Source: Bacteroidales bacterium
Lineage (GTDB): Bacteria > Bacteroidota > Bacteroidia > Bacteroidales > UBA932
DNA: 64,000 bases
Reading direction: 5' to 3'
Assembly (NCBI GenBank): GCA_017937885.1
Contig: JAGBCS010000002.1
Coordinates: 8,613-72,612, forward strand
Below the pieces are notes generated by a model. That model searched no databases. It had not been told where the DNA came from and saw nothing but the letters and a program-made list of their open reading frames with translations. The translations under genes were made by a program, and so were the position numbers. Each line of letters starts with the position of its first letter. The first letter of the stretch is position 1. Positions 61,272-64,000 of this stretch are shown in pieces.

Positions 61272-62177
61272 ATGATGAAACTTCAGACACCGGTAGCCGA
61301 CGAAAAATGCAAGGTCGGCATTTCATATAAGGACAGAATCATGCTTCTGGGCAGCTGCTTCTCTGACAACATCGGCAGGCAGCTGGCCGACTACGGCTTC
61401 GATGTCTGCGTGAACCCCTTCGGGACTCTGTACAATCCGCTGTCAGTCCTCCAAAGCCTGGAACGGCTCGCTTCAGGCAAGCCGTTCACGTCCCAGGACT
61501 GCGTGCAGATCGGTGCCGGAGACGGTCGCTGGTGCTCATTCTCGCACCACACATCATTCGCACGGGGAACTGCCGAAGAATTTCTTCATGACGCGAATCA
61601 GGCTCTGGAGACGGCACGTTCGTTCTTCCTCTCATGTAACAAAGTAATAATCACTCTCGGTACCAGCTGGTGCTTCAGGCATCTCGAGAAGGACTTCGTA
61701 GTATCGAACTGCCTCAAGAGGCCTGCAGCGGAGTTCCTCCGCGAAAGGCTTTCTGCGGCTGAAGTTTCTGATGCGCTCCGCAGGATGGCGGAGCTATGCA
61801 GCGGAGCCCCTTGTGTCGACATCATGGACAAGCAGATCATATTCACCGTCAGCCCGATACGCCATTTCAAGGACGGCGCGCACGGCAATCAGCTCAGCAA
61901 GTCCGCTCTCCTTCTCGGCATTGACGACTTCCTTGCGTCATGCCCGGCCGACCTCAGTATGACCCCCTATTATAAGGCAGACTACTTCCCTGCATACGAG
62001 ATCATGATGGATGAACTGCGCGACTACCGCTTCTACGCCGAAGACATGTGCCATCCGTCCGCCCAGGCAGTCGGCTACCTCCGCGACCGTTTCCTCGCAT
62101 GGGCACTCCCCTCCTCGGAGCAGCCTCTCCTCGAGGAAAACATCCGCTCGTTCAAGTTCCGCAGCCACAAAGCGTGA
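61272..62177 (+). CDS. GSCFA-domain protein
   Basis: LGSCFS, NPFGTLYNP, TLGT, FTVSPIRH and YFPAYEIMMDELRDYRFY motifs. Confidence 0.9.
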   Translation: MMKLQTPVADEKCKVGISYKDRIMLLGSCFSDNIGRQLADYGFDVCVNPFGTLYNPLSVLQSLERLASGKPFTSQDCVQIGAGDGRWCSFSHHTSFARGTAEEFLHDANQALETARSFFLSCNKVIITLGTSWCFRHLEKDFVVSNCLKRPAAEFLRERLSAAEVSDALRRMAELCSGAPCVDIMDKQIIFTVSPIRHFKDGAHGNQLSKSALLLGIDDFLASCPADLSMTPYYKADYFPAYEIMMDELRDYRFYAEDMCHPSAQAVGYLRDRFLAWALPSSEQPLLEENIRSFKFRSHKA

Positions 62178-62179
62178 GT

Positions 62180-62331
62180 TTGCGTGCTCTCGCGCGCCTC
62201 TCGCGTGCCCTCGCATGCCCTCGCATGATAGCTAACTATATGTAAATCAAGCGCCTAACTATATATGCCTGCATCCCTCGGCTGGCAGGCATATATAGTT
62301 ATTATGCTAGATATCAGGATTTTAGCTATCA
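62180..62331. repeat. Degenerate 10-bp tandem repeats followed by nested inverted repeats
   Basis: About 4-5 units of tcgc(g/a)tgccc. Outer IR 62226-62235/62322-62331; inner 17-bp IR 62256-62272/62285-62301. Confidence 0.75.
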
Positions 62332-62379
62332 CGGGGATTTTTTTTTTGCAGAAAAATTTGCAGATTAAAAAAATGGTGC

Positions 62380-62412
62380 TACCTTTGCAGTGTACTACTT
62401 CACTAATACACT
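62380..62412 (+). promoter_or_regulatory. -7 promoter element and adjacent YtrA/GntR-type palindromic operator
   Basis: TACCTTTG at 62380-62387, then AGTGTA-N12-TACACT at 62389-62412, upstream of the ABC genes. Confidence 0.65.
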
Positions 62413-62445
62413 ATTTAACAAATAGACACTTTAAAGGTATAAGCT

Positions 62446-63333
62446 ATGATTCAGATCAAGGAACTGGGTTTCACATATGGTGAAACCGGAGGACTGGGAA
62501 GCATCAGTCTGAGCAAAGAGAAGAAGCACATGCTCCCTGCTGAAAAGTATGTGCTGCGAAACATCACGATGGACCTGGAGGAAGGACGCATCTACGGCCT
62601 CCTCGGCGAAAACGGAGTCGGCAAGACCACCATGCTGACTCTCTTGTGCGGACTCAAGAAGCCGCAGCTCGGATCCATCAACATCGACGGGCACGATCCG
62701 TACAAGAGAGAGCCGTCATTCCTGTCGGACCAGTACTACCTCAGCGATGAGGTCGCTCCGATGAACATGAAGGCGATCGACTACGCCAGAAACTACGGCA
62801 AATTCTGGGAAAGGTTTGACATTGAGAAATTTACTGAGATCATGCAGGTACTTGAAACAGATCCTGAACAGAAGATGACAAAGATGTCATTCGGCCAGCT
62901 CAAGAAGACTTATATAAGCTTCGCCCTCGCCTGCAGCACGAAATATCTGTTCATGGATGAACCGACAAACGGCCTTGATATCCCCTCAAAGGCCCAGTTC
63001 CGCAAGGCTGTGACCAAGTACACTCGCGAAGATTCGGTGATTCTGATCTCGACTCACCAGGTCAGGGACCTCGAGAACATCATCGATCCGATCATCATTC
63101 TCGACCGTCAGGACATTCTCCTCAACGCCACGGTTGAGGAAATAGCAGAGAAGCTTTACTTCGACTACAGCAATGAAAAGGCTGACGACGCTCTCTACAG
63201 CGAAATGATTCCTGGAGGAAGCATCAAGGTCTGTCTGAATCAGTCTGGAGAGGAAAGCAAGGTCAATCTGGAAGCGCTGTTCAACACCGTGCACCAGAAC
63301 AAGGAACTCATCAAAGGAATCTTTAACAAATAG
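62446..63333 (+). CDS. ABC-2 type transporter ATP-binding protein (YtrB-like)
   Basis: GENGVGKTT, MSFGQ signature, MDEPTNGLD and ISTH motifs. Confidence 0.92.
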   Translation: MIQIKELGFTYGETGGLGSISLSKEKKHMLPAEKYVLRNITMDLEEGRIYGLLGENGVGKTTMLTLLCGLKKPQLGSINIDGHDPYKREPSFLSDQYYLSDEVAPMNMKAIDYARNYGKFWERFDIEKFTEIMQVLETDPEQKMTKMSFGQLKKTYISFALACSTKYLFMDEPTNGLDIPSKAQFRKAVTKYTREDSVILISTHQVRDLENIIDPIIILDRQDILLNATVEEIAEKLYFDYSNEKADDALYSEMIPGGSIKVCLNQSGEESKVNLEALFNTVHQNKELIKGIFNK

Positions 63334-63338
63334 ACACC

Positions 63339-64000
63339 ATGAAAAACGATATATTCAATTTCCGCAGATTCAGAAAGTATTTTTCTACAGACTTCAGGAC
63401 ATGCTGGGCAAATTACGGGCTCAGCCTTCTGACAATCGCCATTCTGTTCCCAGTGACGACATACATCGTCATCACAGCGTTCAATCTGTTCACGACCCAT
63501 ACATGGGACGGACCGGATATGGGGATCAGAGTCTTTGTATTCATAGTGGCCATGATCTGCATGGTCGTGACGATGCCGGTAAAATGTTATGGAAAACTCA
63601 CGGAAAAACATTACGGCGCCTTCTGGATCACCCTGCCAGCGTCGAAGCTGGAGAAGTTTATCAGCATGTTACTCATGACATGTATAATCGTACCGATTTC
63701 AGGATTTCTGATATATGTAGGGACTGACGCAATCATCTGCGCATTGGATCATACATGCGGACGAAATCTCGTCGCCGGAGGAATTGACCTGCTCAGAAAC
63801 ATGAGTGATTTGAGAGAATTCACCATGAACCTGGGTGACGAGCAGCTGACGATCGAGAACGCAGCAGTAGCACAAGACCTTATAAGACAGGTCAGCAACC
63901 CGTGGATTTACGTCGACGACTTTTTCGGAATAACACTCCCATTCCTGCTCGGAGCAATATTCTTCAAGAACGGAAAGAGCGTAAAGACTTTCATAAGCAT
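63339..64000 (+). CDS. ABC-2 permease-like membrane protein, 3'-truncated by the window edge
   Basis: ATG 63339 MKNDIFNFRRF; several TM helices; TLPASKLEKF motif; frame open to the end of the window. Confidence 0.8.
   Translation, partial: MKNDIFNFRRFRKYFSTDFRTCWANYGLSLLTIAILFPVTTYIVITAFNLFTTHTWDGPDMGIRVFVFIVAMICMVVTMPVKCYGKLTEKHYGAFWITLPASKLEKFISMLLMTCIIVPISGFLIYVGTDAIICALDHTCGRNLVAGGIDLLRNMSDLREFTMNLGDEQLTIENAAVAQDLIRQVSNPWIYVDDFFGITLPFLLGAIFFKNGKSVKTFIS

Overview
Chromosomal segment of a Bacteroidales-type bacterium (TAnnTTTG -7 promoters, SusC/SusD pair, Bacteroidota lipoproteins). Positions 1-31.5 kb are mostly housekeeping: pyrF interrupted by one in-frame TAA, M20 peptidase, clpX-clpP-tig, 7TM-HD phosphohydrolase, a SulA/CapB-like sulfonolipid acyltransferase, gyrB, TPR plus outer-membrane pair, ftsE-nth-rluA, L31, NamZ-like-glmM, tRNA-Glu, esterases, glycerate kinase, murF-dut and GH3. 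Positions 31.6-58.2 kb hold an atypical ROK-associated polysaccharide utilization locus (PUL) built from phosphodiester glycosidase, phosphoesterase, GHL10-like and DUF4434-like hydrolases, an AGE epimerase, an MFS porter and three surface lipoproteins sharing one C-terminal domain. The most striking non-coding signal is a ~120-nt intergenic element present twice (1222-1341 and 36025-36142). Its two copies differ almost only by compensatory base-pair changes and both lie in transcript sense, which points to a conserved structured RNA or REP-like element. All family calls come from motif recognition, not database searches.
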